Shown here in pieces: positions 52,517-62,541 of a stretch of DNA of 64,000 bases; the first letter of the stretch is position 1; each line of letters begins with the position of its first letter. The DNA comes from Candidatus Cloacimonadales bacterium (GTDB lineage: Bacteria > Cloacimonadota > Cloacimonadia > Cloacimonadales > JAFGVF01): NCBI GenBank assembly GCA_963678315.1, contig OY782781.1, forward strand, positions 1,568,001 to 1,632,000. The letters are read 5' to 3'. Under the pieces are notes generated by a model. It was not told the DNA's origin. It saw only the letters and a list, made by a program, of their open reading frames with translations, and made no database searches. Both the position numbers and the translations under genes were made by a program.

Positions 52517-55500
52517 ATGGTTAAGATAAATTTGAATGGTATTGATATTGAGGCTAAAGAAGGCCAAACAATATTAGAAGTAGCAGAAGAACATGGATAT
52601 AAAATCCCTACTTTATGTCATGACGAAGAATTAAAACCTTATGGTTCTTGTTGGGTATGTGCAGTAAAAGTTGAAGGAAGAAAAGGGTTTGTTACTTCTT
52701 GTGGTACTAAAATAAACGATGGAATGGTAATTGATACAGAAGGTGAATCAGTAAAACAAGCTAGAAAAATGGCTTTAGAATTGTTGGTTTCAGACCACTA
52801 TGCTGATTGTCAAGCTCCATGTAAAACAGCTTGTCCTGCAGATATTGATGTTCAATCTTATGTTTCTTTAATCGCTAATAAACAGTATCATGAAGCTGTT
52901 AGAGTGATAAAAGATAAATTGCCTATGCCTTTATCAATTGGCAGAGTTTGTCCTGCTTTTTGTGAAGAAGAATGTAGAAGACAGCTAGTTGAAGATTCAA
53001 TTGCGATTAGACAATTAAAAAGATTTGCAGCTGACTACGATGCTCAAGATTATTGGAATTATGTTCCTGAAAGGGAAGAAAATAAAAATAAAAGTGTAGC
53101 AATAATTGGTGGAGGACCTTCAGGATTGTCATGTGGCTATTACTTAACTGCAAAAGGCTATAATGTAAAAGTTTTTGAAGAAATGCCTCAAGCTGGGGGA
53201 TGGTTACGATATGGAATTCCTGAGTATAGACTACCTAAGGAAATTCTAGACCTTGAAATTGAAATAATGTGTGCTAATGGCATGGATATTCAATATAACA
53301 CTAAAATTGGTAGAGATATAGCTTTTAAAAATATAGTAGATGATTATGATGCAGTTTACTTAGCTATTGGAGCTTCAGACGCAGTTTCTATGGCAGTTCC
53401 AGGTAATGACCTTGAAGGTTGCTATTTAGGTGTAGATTTCTTGAAGGCAAATGCTTTGGGTAATGCTCCAGACCTTGGAAAGAAAGTAGCTGTAATTGGT
53501 GGTGGAAATACTGCTATTGATTGTGTCAGAACTGCTGTAAGACTTGGTACAGAGGCAACAATAGTCTACCGTAGAGCTGAAGCTCAAATGCCAGCTGAAG
53601 ATTTTGAAATTGAAGCTGCTAAAAAAGAAGGTGTTAAGTTTAAGCTTCTAACCAACCCTGTTGAATATATTGGTGAAAATGGTAAGCTAAGCAAGATTAA
53701 ACTAGAAAAGATGGAGCTTGGTGAAGCAGATTCTTCAGGGAGAAGACGTCCACAAGCAACAGGAGAATACGAAATTGAAGAATTTGATTCTGTTATAGCT
53801 GCAATTTCCCAAAAGCCCAACATTGATTTCCTTTTAGAAGAAAGCTCAAAAATTGAAGGGGAAGAATTACCTTTAACTAGATGGAATACGCTGGAAACTC
53901 CTCAAGAAACAATGTATTCAGGTTTAGGAAATGTATTCGCTGGTGGCGATTTTAGAAGAGGTCCAGCTACAGCTGTAGAAGCTATTGGAGATGCTAAGAA
54001 AGCAAGTCAAGCAATTGATAAATTCTTGCAAGGCGAAAAACTAGACAAGCCTAAATATAGATTTAATTCTGTAAAAGCTAATAAAATTAGTGATATTAGA
54101 AAGGACTTGTATGCCGAATATGACAAAGTTGAAAGAGCTAAAATGCCTGAAATTGATGTTGAGCAAGCAAGAAGTTCATTTGCCGAAGTAGAAACTGGAT
54201 TTACAGAAGAACAGGCGATAAATGAAGCTAAGAGATGTCTTGAATGTGGTTGCCAAGTTAATGAAACTTGTGCTCTAAGAATCTATGCTTCTGAATATAA
54301 TGTTTCACAGGATTTATTCTTTGGTGATGTAAATCAACATCCAATTGATGATTCACACCCATTTATTCTTCGTGATGCAAACAAGTGTGTTAACTGTGGA
54401 AGATGTGTTAGAACATGTGCTGAGATTCAAGGAGCTGGGGTTCTTGGTTATATTTATAGAGGTTTTGAAACCTTAGTAGCACCAGAATTTGGTGAAAGCT
54501 TAACTAATACTTCTTGTGAATCTTGCGGTAAATGTATAGCAGTTTGTCCAACAGGTGCTCTGATCCCTAAGAATATAAACTACAAACTTAATCCATTAGA
54601 AAATAATAAAGTAATTCAATCTTGTGGCATGTGTGGTAGCGGTTGCGATATCTTAGTTGATGTACAATCAGATAAAGTTACTACAATCTCAACACCAGCT
54701 GAATGGGACGAAGTCTTCTTACCTCAAGAGTATGATAATAAGAAGTCATTTAACGGTAGAAATCTATGCTATAAAGGTAGATTTGGCTGGCAAAAGCTCT
54801 CAATTAATGATGATTCTCCAAAGCTCTTTAATGGAGAGGCATGGGATGATATTGATTATTTGCAAGTAAAACAAATTCTTGCTGATAAAATCCTAGGTGG
54901 ATTCTGTGTAGTTCCTTCTCCTAACCTAACAATAGAAGAATTGCTAATTGCTGAAGAGTTAGGAAAGTACAAGAATTCTGCTATCAAACCACTTATTGAA
55001 TTAGATGATTTTACTAGTGAAATGCTTAAAGCAGACTTTAGTGTAGTGACTAAAGAAAGGTTTGAAAAGGCTGAAAACTATGTTATTATTGGTGAAATAT
55101 CACATACACTTAGAACATTAGTAAGACTGGAACAGTTAAAAGGAAAAGGCTTAATATTAATAGATTATCCAGAAAGTGATTTTAGTAAGTTCGCAGACAA
55201 AGCTTTTACTAGTATTGATGACTTGGATTGGAGTGATTTAACAAATACTGTAATTCTATTTGATATGGCTAGAAAAGATATTGATAAAATATATAGTAAA
55301 TGTTTAGAAATTAGTGATTTCACTGAAAGCAGCTTCTTATATCCTAATTCTAAATATAATAATATTAGAGCTTACAACTATTTCTATACATCATCAGAAG
55401 ATACTAGCAATGATAAACCTGTAATATTCTTTGGTGATATACCTGTTGACTTCAAAAAGAATAGCTTTACAGTACTTATTAGTGATGTCTTTGATACTTC

Positions 55501-55807
55501 CTTAGATATTGACTTGTTTATTCCTAAAGCATCATATTTAGATATTGATGGTATTGCTTTGGCTGATGATATGAGGACAAAAGTATTTTCAAAAGCAACC
55601 AATAAAATGCTGCATGAACAGTTGGTGGTTAGTTTTGCTGAAATAGGTATAATTCCAATCAGTATGGCTGAAATTACAAACTGGAATAATCGAGCAGATA
55701 AATTCTTAGAGAATCTCTCTCTCGAAAATAAAAAGATTGACATTGACAAGAGTAAATTCTTATCTAAATATAAAGAAGATATAGTTAGATTTGATTTGTT
55801 TAAATAG
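52517..55807 (+). CDS. [2Fe-2S]-GltD/NfnB-like FAD/NADP domain-ferredoxin-degenerate NuoG/Fdh fusion (StnC-like)
   Basis: IPTLC...C..C...C; GRVCPAFCE; GGGPSG; YGIPEYRLP; GGGNTAIDC..YRR (NADP); CVNCGRC; CGMCGSGC...LCYKG. Confidence 0.8.
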   Translation: MVKINLNGIDIEAKEGQTILEVAEEHGYKIPTLCHDEELKPYGSCWVCAVKVEGRKGFVTSCGTKINDGMVIDTEGESVKQARKMALELLVSDHYADCQAPCKTACPADIDVQSYVSLIANKQYHEAVRVIKDKLPMPLSIGRVCPAFCEEECRRQLVEDSIAIRQLKRFAADYDAQDYWNYVPEREENKNKSVAIIGGGPSGLSCGYYLTAKGYNVKVFEEMPQAGGWLRYGIPEYRLPKEILDLEIEIMCANGMDIQYNTKIGRDIAFKNIVDDYDAVYLAIGASDAVSMAVPGNDLEGCYLGVDFLKANALGNAPDLGKKVAVIGGGNTAIDCVRTAVRLGTEATIVYRRAEAQMPAEDFEIEAAKKEGVKFKLLTNPVEYIGENGKLSKIKLEKMELGEADSSGRRRPQATGEYEIEEFDSVIAAISQKPNIDFLLEESSKIEGEELPLTRWNTLETPQETMYSGLGNVFAGGDFRRGPATAVEAIGDAKKASQAIDKFLQGEKLDKPKYRFNSVKANKISDIRKDLYAEYDKVERAKMPEIDVEQARSSFAEVETGFTEEQAINEAKRCLECGCQVNETCALRIYASEYNVSQDLFFGDVNQHPIDDSHPFILRDANKCVNCGRCVRTCAEIQGAGVLGYIYRGFETLVAPEFGESLTNTSCESCGKCIAVCPTGALIPKNINYKLNPLENNKVIQSCGMCGSGCDILVDVQSDKVTTISTPAEWDEVFLPQEYDNKKSFNGRNLCYKGRFGWQKLSINDDSPKLFNGEAWDDIDYLQVKQILADKILGGFCVVPSPNLTIEELLIAEELGKYKNSAIKPLIELDDFTSEMLKADFSVVTKERFEKAENYVIIGEISHTLRTLVRLEQLKGKGLILIDYPESDFSKFADKAFTSIDDLDWSDLTNTVILFDMARKDIDKIYSKCLEISDFTESSFLYPNSKYNNIRAYNYFYTSSEDTSNDKPVIFFGDIPVDFKKNSFTVLISDVFDTSLDIDLFIPKASYLDIDGIALADDMRTKVFSKATNKMLHEQLVVSFAEIGIIPISMAEITNWNNRADKFLENLSLENKKIDIDKSKFLSKYKEDIVRFDLFK

Positions 55808-55812
55808 ATTTG

Positions 55813-55844
55813 AGTAACTGCCATTGATTGAGGTGGCAGTTACT
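55813..55844 (+). terminator. Hairpin terminator after the Stn-like cluster
   Basis: AGTAACTGCCAT-TGATTGAG-GTGGCAGTTACT followed by ATTT. Confidence 0.7.
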
Positions 55845-55916
55845 ATTTACTAAACCTATAACAAATACCATATAGTAGATTAATTGTAACTGCAGTAGTT
55901 ATAATGTGAGGGGTTA

Positions 55917-56516
55917 ATGAATAAGAGATTAGAAAAAAAGAACTTAATAGCTGAAGCTGCAAAGTCACTTTTTGTGAAGTATGGCTATAGTAAAACATCT
56001 TTAGATGATATAGCTAAGGAAGCACATATTGGTAAAGGTACTATTTACTATTATTTTGAGTCCAAAGAAGATATATTTTTTACGATTACAGAGAATCAAA
56101 TTCAATCAATAACGCAACGACTTAAGATTAAAAGGCTTGAAAGAAGGATTAGGAATCATGAAGATTATTTTATCAATTGTATTCTTGAGCCATTCAATAT
56201 ATTGCTTGATTTTGATAATGTAATATTTGATTTGATACATACTTTAAAAACAACATATACTAAGACCTTAGATGAACTTGAAGATAGGTGGAAAGAATCT
56301 GTAATTGAGCATACAGAGCTTGTTATCAACAGATGTGCAGAAGAAGAAGGTTTCAAAGTTGATGCCAGAGAATTAGCTGAATCAATAATTTTCTTTCTAT
56401 ACCAAGAAAAAGAAGAAGATCTTATTGGGGTTACAGAGATTGATAAACTGATTACCCCAATCATTGATAAAGCAAGAGTCTTTTTAGGTTATATTTATCG
56501 AGGTCTTAATAAATAA
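55917..56516 (+). CDS. TetR/AcrR family regulator
   Basis: AA..LF...GY..TSLDDIAKEA.IGKGTIYYYF.SKEDI. Confidence 0.92.
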   Translation: MNKRLEKKNLIAEAAKSLFVKYGYSKTSLDDIAKEAHIGKGTIYYYFESKEDIFFTITENQIQSITQRLKIKRLERRIRNHEDYFINCILEPFNILLDFDNVIFDLIHTLKTTYTKTLDELEDRWKESVIEHTELVINRCAEEEGFKVDARELAESIIFFLYQEKEEDLIGVTEIDKLITPIIDKARVFLGYIYRGLNK

Positions 56517-56555
56517 TAGTCCGGTGAATAATTAATATTACTAGTGAGAATATAA

Positions 56556-57002
56556 ATGAAACAAATGATAAATAGAAAAGCAAAGCATGAATACTACTTT
56601 GTAGATAAGTTTGAAGCTGGAATAGCCCTTCAAGGAACTGAAATAAAGTCCATTAGACAAGGTAAGGTTAGTTTTAAAGATAGCTTTGCTAGAATAGATA
56701 AAAAGGGAGAAGTGTGGTTGCTTAATTTGCACATAACACCCTATGAAAAGTCTACTTATTTCAATCATGAAGCAACAAGACCAAGAAAGTTACTTCTTAA
56801 TAGGAGAGAGATTAAGAAACTAAATTCTAAAATTATTGAGGGAGGAATGACTCTTATTCCTGCTTCAATGTATATAAATGATAAAGGCTTATGTAAGGTT
56901 GAACTTGCTTTAGCTAAAGGTAAGAAGAATTACGATAAACGTGAAGTAATGCAGAAAAGAGATCAGAAACTCGATATGGATAGAGCAAGGAAACAAAGAT
57001 AA
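56556..57002 (+). CDS. smpB: SsrA-binding protein SmpB
   Basis: NRKAKHEY, EAGIALQGTEIKSIR, RKLLL, KGKKNYDKR. Confidence 0.97.
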   Translation: MKQMINRKAKHEYYFVDKFEAGIALQGTEIKSIRQGKVSFKDSFARIDKKGEVWLLNLHITPYEKSTYFNHEATRPRKLLLNRREIKKLNSKIIEGGMTLIPASMYINDKGLCKVELALAKGKKNYDKREVMQKRDQKLDMDRARKQR

Positions 57003-57009
57003 TAGATAT

Positions 57010-58155
57010 ATGTTAAGAAATAAATTAATATTTTTAATTGCACTGTTTACGATATTTACCGGGATAGTTTTTGGTGATATCAATATACAGTTTGCAGGTA
57101 CTAGCGAATTTTATAAGCTGGAGTCGTTTAAAGTAAACAATATTGATTATGTTTATTTGAAAGACCTTAATAAAGTACTTCAAGGACAGCTTAGAGAAGT
57201 GTTGATTGATGATCGAGTATATTTCACTTTGTATAAAACTGAAATTAGTTTCTGTATTGAAAGCTCTTTCTTACACGTTTCAACTGCCCATTCTTACATT
57301 GACGATTATTATAATTTCTACTATCCTCTGATATATAAAGAAGGTAAGTACTCTATTCCTGAACATTTTGTGAATGAAATTCTACCTATGATATTCTCTG
57401 AGCAAATGCAGTTTCAAGATGGATTCTTAATTGTTAAAGAGAAGAATAAAGAGCCTATAGACGTAATTGTTATAGATCCTGGTCATGGTGGTAAGGATCC
57501 GGGGGCCTTAAGTAGCAAAGGAACTAAAGAAAAGAAGATAACTCTTGAAGTAGCCAAAAAGCTTAAGAAAAGGCTTGAAGAAGAACTTAACATTAAAGTT
57601 CTGCTCACTAGAGATGATGATAGCTTTGTTTCATTGAAAGATAGAACTAAATTTGCCAATGATAAAAAGGCTGACCTTTTTGTTTCACTTCACTGCAATG
57701 CCGCAAGAAATAAAAAAGCAGATGGGATAGAAGTTTACTACTTATCAGAAGCAAAGACAGATGATTCTAGAGCTGCTCAAGCCTTAGAAAACTCAGTTGT
57801 TGCAGAGTATGAAGGTAAGGATGCTGAAGAGTCTTATAATAGTGCTGATCTGGTAATTAGTGACCTTGTACAGTCAGCCCAGTTAATGGAGTCAATAAGT
57901 TTAGCATATAAGAGTCAAACTAACCTTATCTTAGAAACTGACACAACCGATAGGGGCGTAAAGTCTGCTAATTTCTATGTTTTAAGAGGTGCATTTATGC
58001 CTGCAGTTCTTATAGAGATGGGTTTTATTTCCAACAGTAAAGAAGCTAAGAAGTTAGTGAAGTCTTCTTATCAAGATAAAATTGTAGAAAGCTTATTCTA
58101 TGCTATTAAATCTTTTAAAGTCAGTTTTGACAGGAATAACAGTTTAAATGATTAA
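57010..58155 (+). CDS. N-acetylmuramoyl-L-alanine amidase (Amidase_3)
   Basis: IDPGHGGKDPGA, EK, LTR.DD, FVSLHCNA, PAVLIEMGF; signal peptide. Confidence 0.93.
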   Translation: MLRNKLIFLIALFTIFTGIVFGDINIQFAGTSEFYKLESFKVNNIDYVYLKDLNKVLQGQLREVLIDDRVYFTLYKTEISFCIESSFLHVSTAHSYIDDYYNFYYPLIYKEGKYSIPEHFVNEILPMIFSEQMQFQDGFLIVKEKNKEPIDVIVIDPGHGGKDPGALSSKGTKEKKITLEVAKKLKKRLEEELNIKVLLTRDDDSFVSLKDRTKFANDKKADLFVSLHCNAARNKKADGIEVYYLSEAKTDDSRAAQALENSVVAEYEGKDAEESYNSADLVISDLVQSAQLMESISLAYKSQTNLILETDTTDRGVKSANFYVLRGAFMPAVLIEMGFISNSKEAKKLVKSSYQDKIVESLFYAIKSFKVSFDRNNSLND

Positions 58156-59038
58156 ACCAATACCTCCTAAAAGACAAGCCAAAGAAGAAGAGATAAGACA
58201 TAACCTTAATAAAAGAAACTTAGATGATAAACCTCATCATCCCTTTGCCTATGTTCTAAGAGCTCTCTTTAGGTTCTTAGGACTTGAAGCATTAGGAGAA
58301 CTTAATACATTAAAAATTGATATGAGGGAAGAGAAGATAATTGATTCAAGGATTCCCTCTTTTTTTAATGGTTTTAAAATATTATTTATTACTGATTTGC
58401 ACCTAAATGGTCACCCAATTCTAATACGTTCATTACGACGATACCTCAAGAACAATGATGCAGACATAGTTTTGTTTGGAGGAGATTATCAAGTTAACTC
58501 TTATGGCAATTATAAGAAGATTAAAGCTATCTATAAGGAGTTGCTAAGAAATATTGATTGTAGCAACATTTACGCTGTTCTTGGAAATCATGATGAATAT
58601 ATAATTGGCAAGATATTGGATAAAATTGGTGTAAAGGTTCTGATTAACGAGTCGGTTACCTTCCATAAGGATGAACAAAGTCTTATTCTTACAGGCATTG
58701 ATGATGCCGATAGATATAAATCACATGAGTATCCTAAGATAAACTTCAACGACTTACAGTATAGAATACTTCTTACTCATACTCCCAAAGTTTATGAGTC
58801 AGCACATAGAGAAGGATATCACTTCTTGATAGCTGGACATACTCACGCTGGACAAGTTTGTCTTCCTGGTAGGATACCACTTCACAACTTTGATAAATTT
58901 CCGCATAAATTAGTTTATGGAAGGTGGAACTATAAATCAATGATTGGATTTACTTCTGCGGGAGTTGGCAATACTTGGATGAATATTAGGTTCTTTTGTC
59001 CTCCAGAAGTAGTTATGTTTACTTTGAGTAATAGTTGA
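58148..59038 (+). CDS. Calcineurin-like metallophosphoesterase (YkuE-like)
   Basis: TDLH, GGD, LGNHD, HTP, AGHTHAGQ. Confidence 0.9.
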   Translation: MIKPIPPKRQAKEEEIRHNLNKRNLDDKPHHPFAYVLRALFRFLGLEALGELNTLKIDMREEKIIDSRIPSFFNGFKILFITDLHLNGHPILIRSLRRYLKNNDADIVLFGGDYQVNSYGNYKKIKAIYKELLRNIDCSNIYAVLGNHDEYIIGKILDKIGVKVLINESVTFHKDEQSLILTGIDDADRYKSHEYPKINFNDLQYRILLTHTPKVYESAHREGYHFLIAGHTHAGQVCLPGRIPLHNFDKFPHKLVYGRWNYKSMIGFTSAGVGNTWMNIRFFCPPEVVMFTLSNS

Positions 59039-59128
59039 TATTCTGTTAATAATAATTTACTTGCATAAAATAAATAACGTTTATATTTTGTAGTATAATA
59101 TTTTATATAAAAAACCTCAAATGGAGAG

Positions 59129-61603
59129 ATGATTATGACTAACAATGAATCAATATTCTTTTCAGACAAGATAAACCATAAAGATAAGACAATTAAAGAA
59201 AAATTCTTTTATCACCTAGAATTCTCAATGATTAAAGATAGAACTACATTAACTGCTAGAGATGTTTATCAGGCTTTGGCTCTGACCATTAAAGATAGTT
59301 TGATAGAGCGCTGGCTTAAAACTAACTATGAATACCAAAAGAATAATTCCAAGAAAGTAAACTATCTATCTATGGAGTTTTTAGTTGGTAGACTTCTCAT
59401 GAATTCTATTAGGAACATGGGGATCGAAGGTGAAGTAAAGACCATTCTAAAAGACTTAAATTATACTCTAGCTGATATAGAAGAAATTGAGCCTGATATG
59501 GGCTTAGGTTCTGGAGGATTAGGTAGATTGGCTGCTTGTTTTATGGATTCCTTGGCAACCCACGGCTACCCTGCAACAGGTTATGGAATGCGTTATGAAT
59601 TTGGAATCTTTAAGCAACTGATTAAACAGGGCTATCAAGTCGAAGAACCGGATAATTGGTTAAGAGCAGGTAATCCCTGGGAGATATGTAGACCTGAACA
59701 TACTTACCGAGTTAAATTTGGTGGTAGACTAGAATCTTTTGAACGTGAAGATGGGCGTGTTGATCATTATTGGGTAGACACTGAAGATATTATGGCTGTT
59801 GCTTGGGATATACCTGTCTTAGGCTACAAGACAGATTGCGTAAATACCCTTAGGTTATGGCAAGCTAAGGCTACAGATGATTTTGATTTTGATTACTTCA
59901 ATACTGGCGACTATATCAAAGCAGTGGAAAAGAAGAATATCTCTGAGAATATATCCAAAGTTCTGTACCCTAATGATAACTTCCATTTAGGTAAAGTCTT
60001 GAGACTTAAACAAGAATATTTCTTTGTCTCTGCAACTTTGCAAGATATCTTTGCAAATTATAAGAAAAGGAACAAGGATTATTCTAAGTTTGCTCAAAAA
60101 GAAGCTATTCAATTAAATGATACTCATCCAGCTTTAGCAATCCCTGAGATGATGAGGATTCTCATTGACCAAGAACGTTATAGCTGGGATAAAGCCTGGA
60201 AGATAACTCAAGAAACTATCTCTTACACAAACCATACTGTTCTCCCTGAAGCACTTGAAAAGTGGAGTCATGAACTTATGCAAACACTTCTTCCAAGACA
60301 CCTACAGATTATTCATGAAATAAATCTTAGATTGCTCAATCAAGTTGATAGGTTATATCCTGGTAACATTTATAAGCTGAAAAAGATGTCTATCATTGAA
60401 GAAGGTGAACATAAGGCTGTAAGAATGGCAAATCTCTGTGTTGTCGGGTCTCATTCAGTAAATGGGGTGGCAAAACTACATTCTGAGATAGTAAAAGATA
60501 AGATATTTAAAGACTTCTATGAATTGACACCTGAGAAATTCAACAATAAAACTAATGGTATAACCCAGAGAAGATGGCTAAACTCTTGCAACAAACCTTT
60601 GAGCCGATATATTTCTTCCCTAATTGGGGTTGCTTGGAAAACTGATTTATTTGAACTAAGAAAACTTGAAGAATTTGTTGATGATTCAGAAGTTCTTTCA
60701 AATTTCAAGAAATATAAACAAGATAGTAAAAAGAAGCTAGCTAAACTCATTTATAAGACAAATGGTGTTAGAGTTTCTACTGACTCAATCTTTGATGTAC
60801 AAGTGAAGAGAATGCATGAATATAAACGTCAATTACTTAATATACTTCATATTATTCATTTGTATAATCAAATTAGGGATAATCCACAAGCTGATTGGGT
60901 TCCTAGAACATTCATTTTTGCAGGTAAGGCAGCTCCAAGTTACTATTTAGCAAAAAATATTATCAAATTCATTAATACTGTTGCTGATAAGATTAATTCT
61001 GATATAACCATCAAAGATAAAATCAAAGTTGTCTTTATTCCAAATTATTCAGTTTCATTAGCAGAGATTATTATTCCTGCTGCCGATGTTTCGGAACAAA
61101 TATCTACAGCTGGTTTTGAAGCTTCTGGCACTGGAAACATGAAGTTTGCTTTAAATGGTGCATTAACTGTTGGTACTCTTGATGGGGCTAATGTTGAAAT
61201 GAAAGAAGAATTTGGAGATGATAATATTTATATCTTTGGTCTCAATTCAGAGCAAGTTGTTGAATGTAAAAATAAAGGTTATAATTCTATAGATTACTAT
61301 CAAAATAATGATAATATTCGTAGAGTTCTTGATATGATAAAGAATAATTACTTCAATGACAGCGAGCCAGGTGTATTCCAACCAATTATCGATACACTTA
61401 TTGGGAATGGCGATTACTTTATGGTTCTAGCTGATTTCCAAGCTTATTGTGATATTCATCAACAGATAGCAAGTGATTACAGAAATGAAGAAGTCTGGAT
61501 GAAGAAGTCTCTTTACAACATCGCTCGTTCTGGTAAATTTTCTTCTGATAGAACTATTCATGAATATGCAAAAGACATTTGGAATGTGAAATCTATTGGC
61601 TAG
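59129..61603 (+). CDS. glgP: Glycogen/starch phosphorylase
   Basis: GGLGRLAACF, QLNDTHP, YTNHTVLPEALE, KRMHEYKRQ, EASGTGNMKF (PLP Lys), FSSDRTI. Confidence 0.96.
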   Translation: MIMTNNESIFFSDKINHKDKTIKEKFFYHLEFSMIKDRTTLTARDVYQALALTIKDSLIERWLKTNYEYQKNNSKKVNYLSMEFLVGRLLMNSIRNMGIEGEVKTILKDLNYTLADIEEIEPDMGLGSGGLGRLAACFMDSLATHGYPATGYGMRYEFGIFKQLIKQGYQVEEPDNWLRAGNPWEICRPEHTYRVKFGGRLESFEREDGRVDHYWVDTEDIMAVAWDIPVLGYKTDCVNTLRLWQAKATDDFDFDYFNTGDYIKAVEKKNISENISKVLYPNDNFHLGKVLRLKQEYFFVSATLQDIFANYKKRNKDYSKFAQKEAIQLNDTHPALAIPEMMRILIDQERYSWDKAWKITQETISYTNHTVLPEALEKWSHELMQTLLPRHLQIIHEINLRLLNQVDRLYPGNIYKLKKMSIIEEGEHKAVRMANLCVVGSHSVNGVAKLHSEIVKDKIFKDFYELTPEKFNNKTNGITQRRWLNSCNKPLSRYISSLIGVAWKTDLFELRKLEEFVDDSEVLSNFKKYKQDSKKKLAKLIYKTNGVRVSTDSIFDVQVKRMHEYKRQLLNILHIIHLYNQIRDNPQADWVPRTFIFAGKAAPSYYLAKNIIKFINTVADKINSDITIKDKIKVVFIPNYSVSLAEIIIPAADVSEQISTAGFEASGTGNMKFALNGALTVGTLDGANVEMKEEFGDDNIYIFGLNSEQVVECKNKGYNSIDYYQNNDNIRRVLDMIKNNYFNDSEPGVFQPIIDTLIGNGDYFMVLADFQAYCDIHQQIASDYRNEEVWMKKSLYNIARSGKFSSDRTIHEYAKDIWNVKSIG

Positions 61604-61630
61604 GATAGAATAAAATACTGAAACCTTTTC

Positions 61631-61701
61631 CCAAACGTCTCTACATGATTACTGGCCTCCTTGAAAAATCGACTTTTTTTCAAGGAGGCAAGTAAGGATG
61701 G
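61631..61701. repeat. Composite REP-like element (half GTAG hairpin plus long palindrome) after glgP
   Basis: CCAAACGTCTCTACA then TTACTGGCCTCCTTGAAAAA-TCGACTT-TTTTTCAAGGAGGCAAGTAAGG; inverted match to 48346-48494. Confidence 0.8.
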
Positions 61702-61777
61702 CCTATCTTTAATCAAATAAAGACTAACTGATTAATTATTTATATTCAAAATAAATTTAACCTTTGGTATTATTTCT

Positions 61778-61809
61778 TTGACATATTTGTAACTTCTCTT
61801 ATTATGTCA
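61778..61809 (+). promoter_or_regulatory. Candidate sigma70 promoter overlapped by inverted repeat TGACATA-N17-TATGTCA
   Basis: TTGACA 61778-83 and TATTAT 61800-05, upstream of a TetR gene. Confidence 0.5.
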
Positions 61810-61831
61810 TTAATTTAATAAGGATTAAGGT

Positions 61832-62485
61832 ATGAGTGAATTTAGAAATAAAAGAAAACAGTTAGAATATAAATTAAGAAGAGAATTTATTGTAGAAGTA
61901 GCTGAAAAACTCTTCTATGAACATGGTTATGAAAATGTAACTTTGAACGAAGTAGCCAAGAAAGCTGATTATACCAAAGCAACTCTCTATACTTACATTA
62001 AAAGTAAAGAAGACTTGTATTTAGAAGTCTATTGTATTGGCCTTGATAAGAGATTTCACTATCTAATGGATAAAATGTCAAAAGCTAAAAATGGTTTCGA
62101 AAAGATACGCTTCTTTGGCCAATCTTATTACGAATTCTATAAGGAAAATCCTGAAATTTTATACCATCAACAATATTTAGATTTTCGTCCTGTTAATCCA
62201 GAAAAGATAGATGAGACTCTAATGGTTAGATTTAAAGATTTAAATGTTGAAGGCTATATGATAGTTGTTGATGCTATAAAAGAAGGTATTGCCGATGGAA
62301 GTGTTAAAGAAGACTTGAATCCCAACTACCTCTATTCTCAAATTATTTACGCTCTTAGAGCTGTAGCTTCTGCAGCAGTTTATCGTAGGAAACCTGTAAA
62401 AGATGAGGAGAATACAGAAGAAATTAATAGAAAATGGTATTTATCATTCTTAGAACTTCTGTTATCAGCTATTAAACCATCATAG
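61832..62485 (+). CDS. TetR/AcrR family regulator
   Basis: AEKLF...GYENVTLNEVAKKA.YTKATLYTY.KSKEDL. Confidence 0.92.
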   Translation: MSEFRNKRKQLEYKLRREFIVEVAEKLFYEHGYENVTLNEVAKKADYTKATLYTYIKSKEDLYLEVYCIGLDKRFHYLMDKMSKAKNGFEKIRFFGQSYYEFYKENPEILYHQQYLDFRPVNPEKIDETLMVRFKDLNVEGYMIVVDAIKEGIADGSVKEDLNPNYLYSQIIYALRAVASAAVYRRKPVKDEENTEEINRKWYLSFLELLLSAIKPS

Positions 62486-62541
62486 ATTTACTAGACTGTA
62501 TAATATTCGTCTTATAAAACATTTTGATCATGGGAGGTTAA

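Noticed and set aside
50278..55807. [FeFe]-hydrogenase HydABC, respiratory complex I or glutamate synthase
   Set aside because: No H-cluster motifs, no membrane subunits and no gltB.
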